The notes below the pieces were generated by a model. The model was not told the DNA's origin and made no database searches. It was given only the letters and a program-made list of their open reading frames with translations. A DNA stretch of 63,994 bases, filler included, from Octopus bimaculoides (lineage: Eukaryota), in the NCBI RefSeq assembly GCF_001194135.2. It is 4 parts of 4 records of this genome, joined end to end, with 100 filler letters (N's around TTAATTAATTAA, not from the genome) between each part and the next. Parts side by side here need not be neighbours in the genome. Positions count along the whole stretch, not along the records: positions 1 to 31,899 come from NC_069002.1; positions 32,000 to 43,191 come from NC_068981.1; 2 more parts are not named here. One strand, 5' to 3'. The position numbers and the translations under genes are program-made. Shown piece after piece: positions 29,318-40,885 of the stretch (within the stretch, counting starts at the first letter, position 1; every line of letters starts with the position of its first letter).

Positions 29318-29912
29318 AGAAAAAATAANNNNNNNNNNNNNNNNNNNNNNNNNNNNNNNNNNNNNNNNNNNNNNNNNNNNNNNNNNNNNNNNNNNNNNNN
29401 NNNNNNNNNNNNNNNNNNNNNNNNNNNNNNNNNNNNNNNNNNNNNNNNNNNNNNNNNNNNNNNNNNNNNNNNNNNNNNNNNNNNNNNNNNNNNNNNNNNN
29501 NNNNNNNNNNNNNNNNNNNNNNNNNNNNNNNNNNNNNNNNNNNNNNNNNNNNNNNNNNNNNNNNNNNNNNNNNNNNNNNNNNNNNNNNNNNNNNNNNNNN
29601 NNNNNNNNNNNNNNNNNNNNNNNNNNNNNNNNNNNNNNNNNNNNNNNNNNNNNNNNNNNNNNNNNNNNNNNNNNNNNNNNNNNNNNNNNNNNNNNNNNNN
29701 NNNNNNNNNNNNNNNNNNNNNNNNNNNNNNNNNNNNNNNNNNNNNNNNNNNNNNNNNNNNNNNNNNNNNNNNNNNNNNNNNNNNNNNNNNNNNNNNNNNN
29801 NNNNNNNNNNNNNNNNNNNNNNNNNNNNNNNNNNNNNNNNNNNNNNNNNNNNNNNNNNNNNNNNNNNNNNNNNNNNNNNNNNNNNNNNNTATATATATAT
29901 ATATATATATAT

Positions 29913-30167
29913 TGTAGAACATTCCCCTCTGGGCAAGATTGTTTTTGCCTATGCATACCCCTACCCCCTCCACACCACCGATGTTGACCAAGGGAAGGCA
30001 AAGGCCGATACAGCTTGGCACCAGTGACGTCGCAACTCATTTCTACAGCTAAGAGAACTGGAGCAACGTGAAATAAAATGTCTTGCTCAAGACCGGTCCG
30101 GGAATCGAACTCACTATCTCAGGATTGGGAGCACGACGCTCTAACCACTGAGCCATGCACCTTCACA
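29913..30167 (-). mobile_element. CORE-like SINE (head B, tail Z), 3'-truncated
   Basis: Reverse matches 4320-4662, including GCCAAGCTGTATCGGCCTTTGCCTTCCCTTGG. Confidence 0.85.
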
Positions 30168-30232
30168 TATATACTTGTACATATATGAAGATATATACAT
30201 GTATAAATATACGTATATATGTGTATAAACAT

Positions 30233-30355
30233 ATGCGGATAAGAAGGGATAACCACTAGGTGGACATCCAATATGCTAGAAAGAGGTCATCAACGACCCA
30301 ACCTCTTTCTAGCATATTGGATGTCCACCTAGTGGCCATCTCTTTTTATACGCAT
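30233..30355. repeat. Long inverted repeat / hairpin
   Basis: Perfect 35-bp arms at 30253-30287 and 30301-30335 with a 13-nt loop, plus 20 bp of imperfect outer arm (15/20). Confidence 0.95.
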
Positions 30356-30854
30356 GTAATACAATTTTTCTAAATTATCGCATTTTCTTATATGCTAGAC
30401 CACAGGTTTTAAATAGAAATTAATATTCAATTTATCACCCTCAGTATATAAATATGTATAAACATATGTAGGTGTATGTGAGGAATATATATATATACAT
30501 TTAATTCCGTGCTCACTTCGCTGTATGGTTATATTATCTGGAGAGTATATAAGTTATGATTATAACAATAGAGAATATGGAAACTGGTACATCCTCAAAA
30601 TTTATTTCGTCTTATTTTCCAATGTCATACAGAATTTTTTATGGTTACGACAACCTACACACGTTTCCACTGCACAGGATATGTGCAGGTGCAATGCAAC
30701 CGGGTATAATTTTCTGTGAAGCTTCGTTCAGGGTCTTTCAAACAGCTTGGCTCGCTTCGACTAAGTAAAATAAAAAGATGTACCAATCTCCATATTCTCT
30801 ATCGTTATAATTGTTGCTTATATATATCTATCTATGTGTGTGTGTAAGTATATC

Positions 30855-31078
30855 CTTTACTCTTTACTCTTTTACTCTTTTACTTGTTTCAGTCATTTGA
30901 CTGTGGCCATGCTGGAGCACCACTTTTAGTCGAGCAAAAAGACCCCAAGATTTAATCTTTGGAAGCCTAGTGCTTATTCTATCGGTCTCTTTTTGCCGAA
31001 CCGCTAAGTTATGGGGACGTAAATACACCAGCATCGGTTGTCAAGCGATGTTGGGGGGACAAACACAGACACACAAAC
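30855..31078 (-). mobile_element. 3' half of head-C SINE with (TAAAAGAG)n tail
   Basis: Reverse matches 41960-42116 and continues to CAGTCAAATGACTGAAACAAGTAAAAGAG. Confidence 0.88.
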
Positions 31079-31852
31079 ATACACACACACACACACATAT
31101 ATATATACGTATGTATGTATATATACATATATGTATATATATATTGTGTATATATGTGTGTATGTATGTATGTATGTATGTATGTATGTATGTATGTATG
31201 TATGTATATATAACAGAGAAGCTGGGCACTGGTTTTTGTCCCTTCGAAAACACCGTAGGGTATAACTGAAGACTCCCATGGTGTGACTTAGCAGCCTCAA
31301 CCCTAACCCACATGATTGTCAAAGGACCTTCTTTAAATTCCGCCTTTGCCTGTTTTTAAATGAAATATAATCCGGCGAGCGCTACCGCTTCTGCTGCTAT
31401 ATTTCATAAATATGGCTGCTGTTTGTCAGGAGAGACGAAGTTGTAAAATAGCGGCTATTGTAACAACCGTTTCCCATTTTTCTCCGCTGCCCCAGTAAGA
31501 GGTAACCACAGATTCTGGTAGCACATAAATTGTTTGGTAAGTGATTAGTGGCTGGAAAAAGGGAAAGCGGGCAGAAAGAGATCCTTAGCAAGAGACGAAA
31601 GAGACGAAAGGCAAACAAGGGAGAAAATGGACGAATGAAGACGTAAAAATGTTAAATAGGATGACTGGAACGATTACAGACTGGTAAATATTGGAAACAA
31701 AGGAACCATTCGGATAAAAGGAGAGGCTGGCAGGTGCAACAGCAATTGAATAAGGTTTTTATTCAACTATCATCTCTCTCTATCTCTAATTCTCTCTCTC
31801 CCTCTCTCTACCTCTACCTCTCTCCCTCTCTCTCTCTCTCTCTCCCTACCTC

Positions 31853-31899
<47 letters not shown>

Positions 31900-31999
31900 N
31901 NNNNNNNNNNNNNNNNNNNNNNNNNNNNNNNNNNNNNNNNNNNTTAATTAATTAANNNNNNNNNNNNNNNNNNNNNNNNNNNNNNNNNNNNNNNNNNNN
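31900..31999. other. Scaffolding pad N44-TTAATTAATTAA-N44 (also 43192-43291 and 62795-62894)
   Basis: The same 100-base construct occurs three times, and the 12-mer gives stop codons in all six frames. Assembly artefact. Confidence 0.95.
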
Positions 32000-32522
32000 C
32001 TTCTTCTTCTTCTTCTTCTTCTTCTTCTTCTTCTTCTTCTTCTTCTTCTTCTTCTTCTTCTTCCATTTACTGATGTCGGATACTGACGATGTCAATAGTG
32101 ATGATGATAATGATGATGGTGGCGATGAGATGATGATTGTGATGATGGTGATGATGACGACGATGGAGCAATGATGACTTAACACCACCACCACCACCAC
32201 CGCCACCGCCGCCGCCGCCGCCGCCGCTGCTGCTGCTGTCGCTACTTAAGCTGTATGAATACAGCACAGAGGCAAAATAAACAAAAGTTTGAAAAATTCT
32301 CTGGAATTGTCCAGAGAAGTTGAGAAAATCTCGCACATAGTGAAAACGAATGCTAAAGAAGCTATCAATGAAACTGGAGGTACCTGGGAAGTGAGACCCA
32401 AGTTAGCAGAGTCATAGAAAATTCAGTTGCTTTTCTGCAGGAATTAGCAAAATTTTCAAGTCAATAAGCGTTCTTTCAAAAGGTCAACACATGGTAAAAT
32501 TGATAGATCAATGGGTAAATTT

Positions 32523-32561
<39 letters not shown>

Positions 32562-32712
32562 TCAGTGCAGATGCAATTGGATTATCAGAATCGTTAACAG
32601 TATTTCTACCTGTTTTTGTACATAATATGCTTCAAATCGTGCCTATCATCCTTTCAGGATCCATAAGTGCCCCTACCCTAAAAAGTGCTGACCTTGTATC
32701 AAAACTTGAAAC

Positions 32713-32752
<40 letters not shown>

Positions 32753-33259
32753 GAGTGAGAGAGCAGTGTCACTGGGGTAAAATATACGAAGCCTATTGTA
32801 CCCATCATGACTACCTGTCTGATAAGGGTACACCAGGCACATGCATCACAACCATATGTGCGCGACATGGTGATCTCTTATCAAGATAAACAGCGCATGA
32901 CCTCGCAGGTGGGGGCCCAGTTAGAATTTTCTTCAGGTCGAGTATCCCATCCCGCTCAAAAGGTCCCTGAATAAGGTTTGCTTAAGGATGTTGAGCAAAA
33001 CACCCATGTTTCCAACCCCAAAGAATTCCTCTCAACACATGGCTATGATGCTCCCCAACTACTGCTCATGATCAGAGATGCACATATCGTCAGCCACCAA
33101 GGGACTTGCTCAACTGGTTATGGTCAAACAACTGACAAGCAAATCTGTGGTATTGAGCAGAATATTTGCTGTAGCCCATCTTTTTATACCAAGACAAAAC
33201 AATGTACATGATAACACTTCCAATCAATTAAGATCAGAAGCCATGAGAGCCACTGCCTG

Positions 33260-33260
<1 letters not shown>
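32753..33260. mobile_element. 508-bp interspersed-repeat-like element embedded in a (TAA)n microsatellite
   Basis: GC-richer non-repetitive block bounded exactly by (ATT)n at 32713-32752 and (TAT)n at 33261-33321. No long ORF, no TIR. I recall this sequence as an abundant Octopus repeat. Confidence 0.65.
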
Positions 33261-33321
<61 letters not shown>

Positions 33322-33917
33322 TAACAGGAATAGCATTGACAGTGACTTCGAAGTTCAATGATAACTTAACTGACTAAAACTTCGAAGTCTTTTCAATAAT
33401 CTTCTTGCTATAAAATAGGATTTGTACTCTACAAAAGTATAGAGAAAACCCTTCAGATTATATTATATTCTACTGCTCTCTGTCATCTTCAACAAATTTA
33501 TCACAAGCAAAACGCACAAGAAGAGTGAAATATACACGCACCTTCTATGAACATATACAAACACATTATCGTAAACTCTGATATACACACACAAGCGCAG
33601 CAATAAGGGGAGAGAGAGAGGGAGAGAAAGATAAAGATAGTTAGACAGAGAGAGAGAAAAAGTGATGGGGGAGAAAGAAGTATATGTTCTATATGGGTCT
33701 TTTCAAATAATGACCAGGTCATTTGGTGTCCATGAACCCATCAAGAGAAACACAAATTTTCTGATGTCTGTCTAAACTGTTAAGGCATACATTGAAAACA
33801 AATCGAATGTAATACGGATTGTGAAACGGGGATTCGGCTCTCGTACATACATATGCATATGCGTAGATATATATGTGTATTTATGCGTATATATATGTGT
33901 TTATTTATGCAAATATA

Positions 33918-33975
<58 letters not shown>

Positions 33976-34113
33976 TATATGTACATACATATAAATATAT
34001 ATACATGTATATATATGTGTGTGTGTATGTGTGTGTGTGTGCGTGTGTGTGTGTATATTTACATATATACATATACATATATATATATGCATATGTATAT
34101 ATATATCATTATT

Positions 34114-34311
34114 ATGATTGACCGTTGACTGAACACTATTCAATCAATTTTTTTGCTCCGTGTTTTTCTCCTTGTCTCCGTATTCTTTCTGTTGAAGAGC
34201 GTAGCTCGAAACGTCAAAGACTTTCCGTATTCCCGAGCGTCATACTAATACATTCTTTTGTTATTTACACCACCTGTCCTCGTCTGTTGTTGTTTTTTCG
34301 TACATTCTCCC
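34114..34311 (+). mobile_element. About 200-bp PLE-derived (pseudo-LTR-like) repeat inserted in (TA)n, carrying a hammerhead-like motif
   Basis: Near-identical to 38705-38897; both are flanked by (TA)n-rich tracts. Confidence 0.8.
34184..34220 (+). ncRNA. Minimal type-I hammerhead-like motif, lineage 1 (A6U core variant)
   Basis: TCTTT-CTGTTGA-A-GAGC-gta-GCTC-GAAAC-GTC-AAAGA: 5-bp stem I, 4-bp stem II, palindromic ACGT stem III, GUC cleavage triplet (C34215). Confidence 0.7.
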
Positions 34312-35059
34312 ATATATACCAATATATGTATATATTTATATATATATATGCGTATATATACATATATATAATATATATATACGCATATATACACACATAT
34401 ATATGTGTGTGTATGTATGCTTGTGTGATAAATATATATATATATATATANNNNNNNNNNNNNNNNNNNNNNNNNNNNNNNNNNNNNNNNNNNNNNNNNN
34501 NNNNNNNNNNNNNNNNNNNNNNNNNNNNNNNNNNNNNNNNNNNNNNNNNNNNNNNNNNNNNNNNNNNNNNNNNNNNNNNNNNNNNNNNNNNNNNNNNNNN
34601 NNNNNNNNNNNNNNNNNNNNNNNNNNNNNNNNNNNNNNNNNNNNNNNNNNNNNNNNNNNNNNNNNNNNNNNNNNNNNNNNNNNNNNNNNNNNNNNNNNNN
34701 NNNNNNNNNNNNNNNNNNNNNNNNNNNNNNNNNNNNNNNNNNNNNNNNNNNNNNNNNNNNNNNNNNNNNNNNNNNNNNNNNNNNNNNNNNNNNNNNNNNN
34801 NNNNNNNNNNNNNNNNNNNNNNNNNNNNNNNNNNNNNNNNNNNNNNNNNNNNNNNNNNNNNNNNNNNNNNNNNNNNNNNNNNNNNNNNNNNNNNNNNNNN
34901 NNNNNNNNNNNNNNNNNNNNNNNNNNNNNNNNNNNNNNNNNNNNNNNNNNNNNNNNNNNNNNNNNNNNNNNNNNNNNNNNNNNNNNNNNNNNNNNNNNNN
35001 NNNNNNNNNNNNNNNNNNNNNNNNNNNNNNNNNNNNNNNNNNNNNNNNNNNNNNNNNNN

Positions 35060-35414
35060 AAGGGTTCCGGTTGATCCGATCAACGGAACAGCCTGCTCGT
35101 AAAATTAACGTGCAAGTGGCTGAGCACTCCACAGACACGTGTACCCTTAACGTAGTTCTCGGGGATATTCAGCGTGACACAGTGTGACAAGGCTGACACT
35201 TTGAATTACAGGCACAACAGAAACGGGAAGTAAGAGTGAGAGAAAGTTGTGGTGAAAGAGTACAGCAGGGTTCGCTACCATCCCCTGCCGGAGCCTCGTG
35301 GAGCTTTAGGTGTTTTCGCTCAATAAACACTCACAACGCGCGGTCTGGGAATCGAAACCGCGATCCTATGACCGCGATTCCGCTGCCCTGACTACTGGGC
35401 CATTGCCCCTCCAC
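35060..35414 (-). mobile_element. tRNA-derived SINE (head A, tail Y), tail end lost in gap
   Basis: Close match to 4850-5205 along its length. Confidence 0.9.
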
Positions 35415-35955
35415 GTTCAATGGTTATATGATACTAATAACTATATGTTATAAATATGTGTGGACTAACACCACACACATGTGGTATTACTGACAGAATG
35501 ACCAGGGAATGTCTCATTGTATCATCCGAATAAGTTGAGACAAGTGATGGACACACAGCGGCACGCAGAACTTTCTGACTAGCACGACTAAACAAAACAT
35601 TACCTTCAATTATTTTAGTAGTGCGGCCCATCAAATGATGAGTTATATTTTATTCGGTTACCTTCTCAAAATAGGTTACCCATTCATAGTTTAAACTCAG
35701 ATCTACTCTAGTTCAGAAAGCCCAAGATCAAAATGATTCTATCCATGTCATCACCATCTTTTATTCAATACTCCTTTATCTGATGTCCTTTACTTTGACT
35801 GGTTTTATTTTATCTGCTCTAGTTATACCCTTTGAGCCTAACCAGAAATGCAATTCTTCTTGCTATGTACAGATAAACGCAAATTTTCAAGTTTCAAATT
35901 AAAATATATCTTGAGGCAGCTATCAAACATCTGATTATATAATGATCAAGGAGTA

Positions 35956-36003
<48 letters not shown>

Positions 36004-36999
36004 NNNNNNNNNNNNNNNNNNNNNNNNNNNNNNNNNNNNNNNNNNNNNNNNNNNNNNNNNNNNNNNNNNNNNNNNNNNNNNNNNNNNNNNNNNNNNNNNN
36101 NNNNNNNNNNNNNNNNNNNNNNNNNNNNNNNNNNNNNNNNNNNNNNNNNNNNNNNNNNNNNNNNNNNNNNNNNNNNNNNNNNNNNNNNNNNNNNNNNNNN
36201 NNNNNNNNNNNNNNNNNNNNNNNNNNNNNNNNNNNNNNNNNNNNNNNNNNNNNNNNNNNNNNNNNNNNNNNNNNNNNNNNNNNNNNNNNNNNNNNNNNNN
36301 NNNNNNNNNNNNNNNNNNNNNNNNNNNNNNNNNNNNNNNNNNNNNNNNNNNNNNNNNNNNNNNNNNNNNNNNNNNNNNNNNNNNNNNNNNNNNNNNNNNN
36401 NNNNNNNNNNNNNNNNNNNNNNNNNNNNNNNNNNNNNNNNNNNNNNNNNNNNNNNNNNNNNNNNNNNNNNNNNNNNNNNNNNNNNNNNNNNNNNNNNNNN
36501 NNNNNNNNNNNNNNNNNNNNNNNNNNNNNNNNNNNNNNNNNNNNNNNNNNNNNNNNNNNNNNNNNNNNNNNNNNNNNNNNNNNNNNNNNNNNNNNNNNNN
36601 NNNNNNNNNNNNNNNNNNNNNNNNNNNNNNNNNNNNNNNNNNNNNNNNNATATATATATGTATATATATATATACACGCACATATCTATATATACATACA
36701 TATATATACAGACATATATATACATATATATACACACACATATATATGTGTATATATATGTACATATATATACGTATCTATGATTGCAGAAATGTATATG
36801 AAAGTTCATATTTGAATATAAATATCTGTGTGTAAGTGCTATGAGTATGGTACATGAAGTGGCGAATTATCAGCTGTTGATAATTACAATTGATATGAAT
36901 GATATATCCGATACAGTTTGGGAGATTCAGCGTGATATAGAATCGTGTTCCGGATACCCTAATCACTATATATTTATGTGTGTGTGTGTGTGTGTGTGG

Positions 37000-37210
37000 C
37001 TTTTTGTCCGTGCTTGTTCCCCACTGCCAACCATCGATTGACAACCGCTGTTGGTGAGTTTATGGTCCCTGCAACTTAGTAGTTCGGCCCTAAGATATCA
37101 ATGAAATGAGCACTAGGCTTACAAAGAATAAGCCCTGGTTTAGATTTCTTCGACTAAAACCCTTTTGGCCGCAGTCAAATGACTGAAACAAGTAAAAGAA
37201 TAGAAGAATA
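37000..37210 (+). mobile_element. Diverged 3' half of head-C SINE
   Basis: CATCGATTGACAACCG...CTAGGCTTACAAAGAATAAG...CAGTCAAATGACTGAAACAAGTAAAAGAA. Confidence 0.8.
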
Positions 37211-37212
37211 TA

Positions 37213-37275
<63 letters not shown>

Positions 37276-37617
37276 NNNNNNNNNNNNNNNNNNNNNNNNN
37301 NNNNNNNNNNNNNNNNNNNNNNNNNNNNNNNNNNNNNNNNNNNNNNNNNNNNNNNNNNNNNNNNNNNNNNNNNNNNNNNNNNNNNNNNNNNNNNNNNNNN
37401 NNNNNNNNNNNNNNNNNNNNNNNNNNNNNNNNNNNNNNNNNNNNNNNNNNNNNNNNNNNNNNNNNNNNNNNNNNNNNNNNNNNNNNNNNNNNNNNNNNNN
37501 NNNNNNNNNNNNNNNNNNNNNNNNNNNNNNNNNNNNNNNNNNNNNNNNNNNNNNNNNNNNNNNNNNNNNNNNNNNNNNNNNNNNNNNNNNNNNNNNNNNN
37601 NNNNNNNNNNNNNNNNN

Positions 37618-37703
<86 letters not shown>

Positions 37704-38704
37704 CGTATGTATATGTGTATGTAAATGTGCGCACGCGTGTATATATATATTTATATATATACATATATATATATGCATGTAGGTATGTATTTATTTTAAG
37801 TGTACATGTATAATTACATATATAGCTACGAATAACTTTATACATATACGTAAATATATATAAGTGAATGTATATGCTTAAACATATATGCATATATAGA
37901 TATACATATATGTGCCTATACATATATATATATATATTATATATATATGTGTGTGTGTGTGTGTGCGTGTGTGTGTATGTGTGCGTGTGTGTGTGCATAT
38001 ATATATATATACGTACATACGTGCATACATATTTACATATAAATTTATACATACGCATGCCCCTCAAACACAGACACATACATGCGCGTGCACACACAAA
38101 AGTGTGTGTGTAGGTATATACAATATATATACTTTGATACTAATATATTCAGCCAGTGATTAGTCAGCTACTGACAATTTCATCTCTTTGTCTTTCAAGC
38201 ACGTAGTCCTAGACTATCTGATGCTATCAGATAAATTCAATTTTCAGATCTACATCTAAATTTTCCCATTGAAAAAGTATAAATAATTTACAATTTAGGC
38301 GCCAAGATAAAGTTACATACGTAAGAATAAAATATGTAAATAAATCAATATAGAAAACAGAATGAAAAAATAAATAGAGAAAGAGGAAATTAGAAGACAG
38401 AAATAAAGAACCAAAGAATTAATACTATAATTAAATACATTACAACTTCTTTATAGTTAATGGAAATAAATATATATGTTTGAGGTTGTTACACATAAAT
38501 GTACATAAAGACACGGAGGAAAACACTGCGCGCACATTCGTATTGCGGTGTGAAGAAAAATAAAGAATTTTATCAGTGAAGGAATAAATAATTGAATGAG
38601 GCATAGAAAGAAGTGAATACTGCTGTGAGAAGGAGAGAGTAATTTGAAATATATATATATATACATACATACATACATACACACACACATATGTATATAT
38701 ATAT

Positions 38705-38897
38705 ATGATTGACCGTTGACTGAACACTATTCAATTTTTTTTCTCCGTGTTTTTCTCCTTGTCTCCGTATTCTTTCTGTTGAAGAGCGTAGCTCGAAACG
38801 TCAAAGACTTTCCGTATTCCCGAGCGTCATACTAATATATCCTTTTGTTATTTACACCACCTGTCCTCGTCTGTTGTTATTATTTGTATATTCTCCC
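38705..38897 (+). mobile_element. Second copy of the about 200-bp PLE-derived repeat in (TA)n
   Basis: Near-identical to 34114-34311. Confidence 0.8.
38771..38807 (+). ncRNA. Minimal type-I hammerhead-like motif, lineage 1 (A6U core variant)
   Basis: Identical 37-mer to 34184-34220; GUC site at C38802. Confidence 0.7.
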
Positions 38898-38928
<31 letters not shown>

Positions 38929-39788
38929 TATATAAAGTGAGAGAGAGAGAGAGAGACTCTTAGTCTACCATATCTTATAGTAGAAACAGTTGTAAACTAA
39001 TGAAGTTCATTAGATAACATTTGGTTTTTTCCGGCATCATCTCTTTGCTTATATACACAAACACACACACGCACACATACACATTTATATGCATACGTCA
39101 CAGAAACTCCTAATGTTAGAAACCATTGATTAAGTATTCTTCTAAGATAAGCTTACTAATTAAGACAACATATATATGCGCGCGTATTTGTATGCGTAAG
39201 TTTGTAATGTACACAAGGAAAAATTCCCCAAATGGTTCCCCCATAGCTGCGCTGCAACAATATAAGTTAACAGCATGGCTGACAACACTTTTACAAACAT
39301 CACAATATCTCCCAAGTAGGTAGATGCTACCCGTTATTGAATCATCTGTGAAGTAGAAGCCGTCATTTTGTATCACATAGTCTTCAAGCTCTCTTTATTT
39401 CAAAATGGCAACTTCTGCATAGTTGTCTAAAACTGATCTTTATAAATTTGAAGATATTTGCAAGGATCTTTTCCATTACTGTTTTAATCGCGATTTCTCT
39501 ATAAGTATATAAGTCGTACTCAGGCCGAAAAACCTTCCTGATTTCGATCCACTTCTATATTGAGTGGAATTGGTAAAAATCTAACAGAAATCTCCTTCTC
39601 CATTCCATTAGTTCTTAGAAAATCGTATCACAGTATGTCCAACGATTGAAACAACTGAAGGAGAAGAGATGAAATGACGATAGCATCTGAGGATAGAAAA
39701 TAGACGCAGAAGCAATCTCAGCAAAAGGGCAGAATATTAAAATATTTCCCAACGATTCCTCCTCCTCCTCCTCCTCCTNNNNNNNNNN

Positions 39789-39848
<60 letters not shown>

Positions 39849-40074
39849 GCCTCGTCGTCACCGCTGTTGCACATACATACACCATCGAAACCACATACAT
39901 TCACCATCGCAAACCAAAAAATAACACACAGTATTTAACAATTATTAATGACTTGTATGCAAACGCTATTTCGTTATGCGACCATAATATGCTACAAAGA
40001 ATATAAGAATATAAGTCAATACCGTAATCTACTGTGTTAGCAGTGCTCTTACATCACTTGTTAAGTTTATTTCT

Positions 40075-40268
40075 ATAGTTCTATATTTGAGAGATGAGGA
40101 ATTATGTACATTATTTACATTATTTACATTGTTTACATTTGACAGATATTTGTCCTCATCTTGTTTGTTGTTAACACAACGTTTGAGCTGATGTACTCTC
40201 CAGCCTTCATCAGGTGTCCTGGGGGAATTTCGAACATGGGTTCTCATTCCTAAGGTATTTTCCTATGT
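40075..40268 (-). mobile_element. PLE pseudo-LTR/3' region with a degenerate hammerhead (lineage 2) at 40174-40217
   Basis: Reverse reads ACAC-CTGATGA-A-GGCTG-gagagtacat-CAGCT-CAAAC-GTT-GTGT (G12 mutated to C). Lies just downstream of the GIY-YIG relic on the same strand. Confidence 0.8.
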
Positions 40269-40282
40269 TATTATTATCATCA

Positions 40283-40331
<49 letters not shown>

Positions 40332-40335
<4 letters not shown>

Positions 40336-40400
40336 ATCACTGCCTGGAATCGAACTCGGAATCTTGGGGTTAGTAGCCCGCGCTCTTAACCACTACGCCA
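40332..40400 (-). mobile_element. Short tRNA-derived retroposon (head only) with (TAA)n tail
   Basis: Reverse TGGCGTAGTGGTTAAGAGCGCGGGCTACTAACCCCAAGATTCCGAGTTCGATTCCAGGCAGTGATCTG followed by (AAT)n. A/B boxes are present but acceptor and anticodon stems pair poorly, so not a functional tRNA. Confidence 0.8.
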
Positions 40401-40432
40401 AATATGGGTAATTATGGAGTGAATTTTAGGGC

Positions 40433-40885
40433 TTATAAATCTAATATTTTCCTATCCTTCCTTAATACCAGTTCCCATATGCTACTCATATCTGCACTCA
40501 GTCTTCTAAGGAAGTCGTTGTGTCCTAGCATATGTGCTGTTTCTTTTAGTTTTCGTAGTTTCCAGTGGTGTTCTCTGTCTATTATTTTAACTTCATCCCA
40601 CAGGAGGAGGCGGTCTCCATTTTCCATACATAATCAGCTATACCCGATTTATTCATATCTCCCCATGTCACAACTTTGCGATGTTCCTCTACCCTTATTT
40701 TGAGGGGACGGCATGTTTCTCCTTTGTATAACCCACCACAGCTGCATGGGATAGAGTACATGCAGTATTTGGTCATATTCTCTTCAATTGGTGGTTTTAC
40801 TCGAAGGAGATATTTGCAAAGTGCTGTATTACTCTTGAATACTGTCCTGATGTCATATGGGCTGCATATCATTTGTACCTTTTAG
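40433..40885 (-). pseudogene. Penelope-like element GIY-YIG endonuclease domain, frameshifted
   Basis: YCMYSIPCSCGGLYKGETCRPLKIRVEEHRK...KSGIADYVW, then in another frame LWDEVKIIDREHHWKLRKLKETAHM. This is the typical PLE GIY-YIG (Uri) motif set. Confidence 0.92.

Noticed and set aside
31944-31955. TTAATTAATTAA islands between N runs (also 43236-43247 and 62839-62850)
   Set aside because: Always N44+12+N44 = 100 bases with six-frame stops; scaffolder padding, not biology.
40332-40400. Possible tRNA gene; likewise all SINE heads
   Set aside because: Poor acceptor and anticodon stems, followed by SINE bodies or microsatellite tails.
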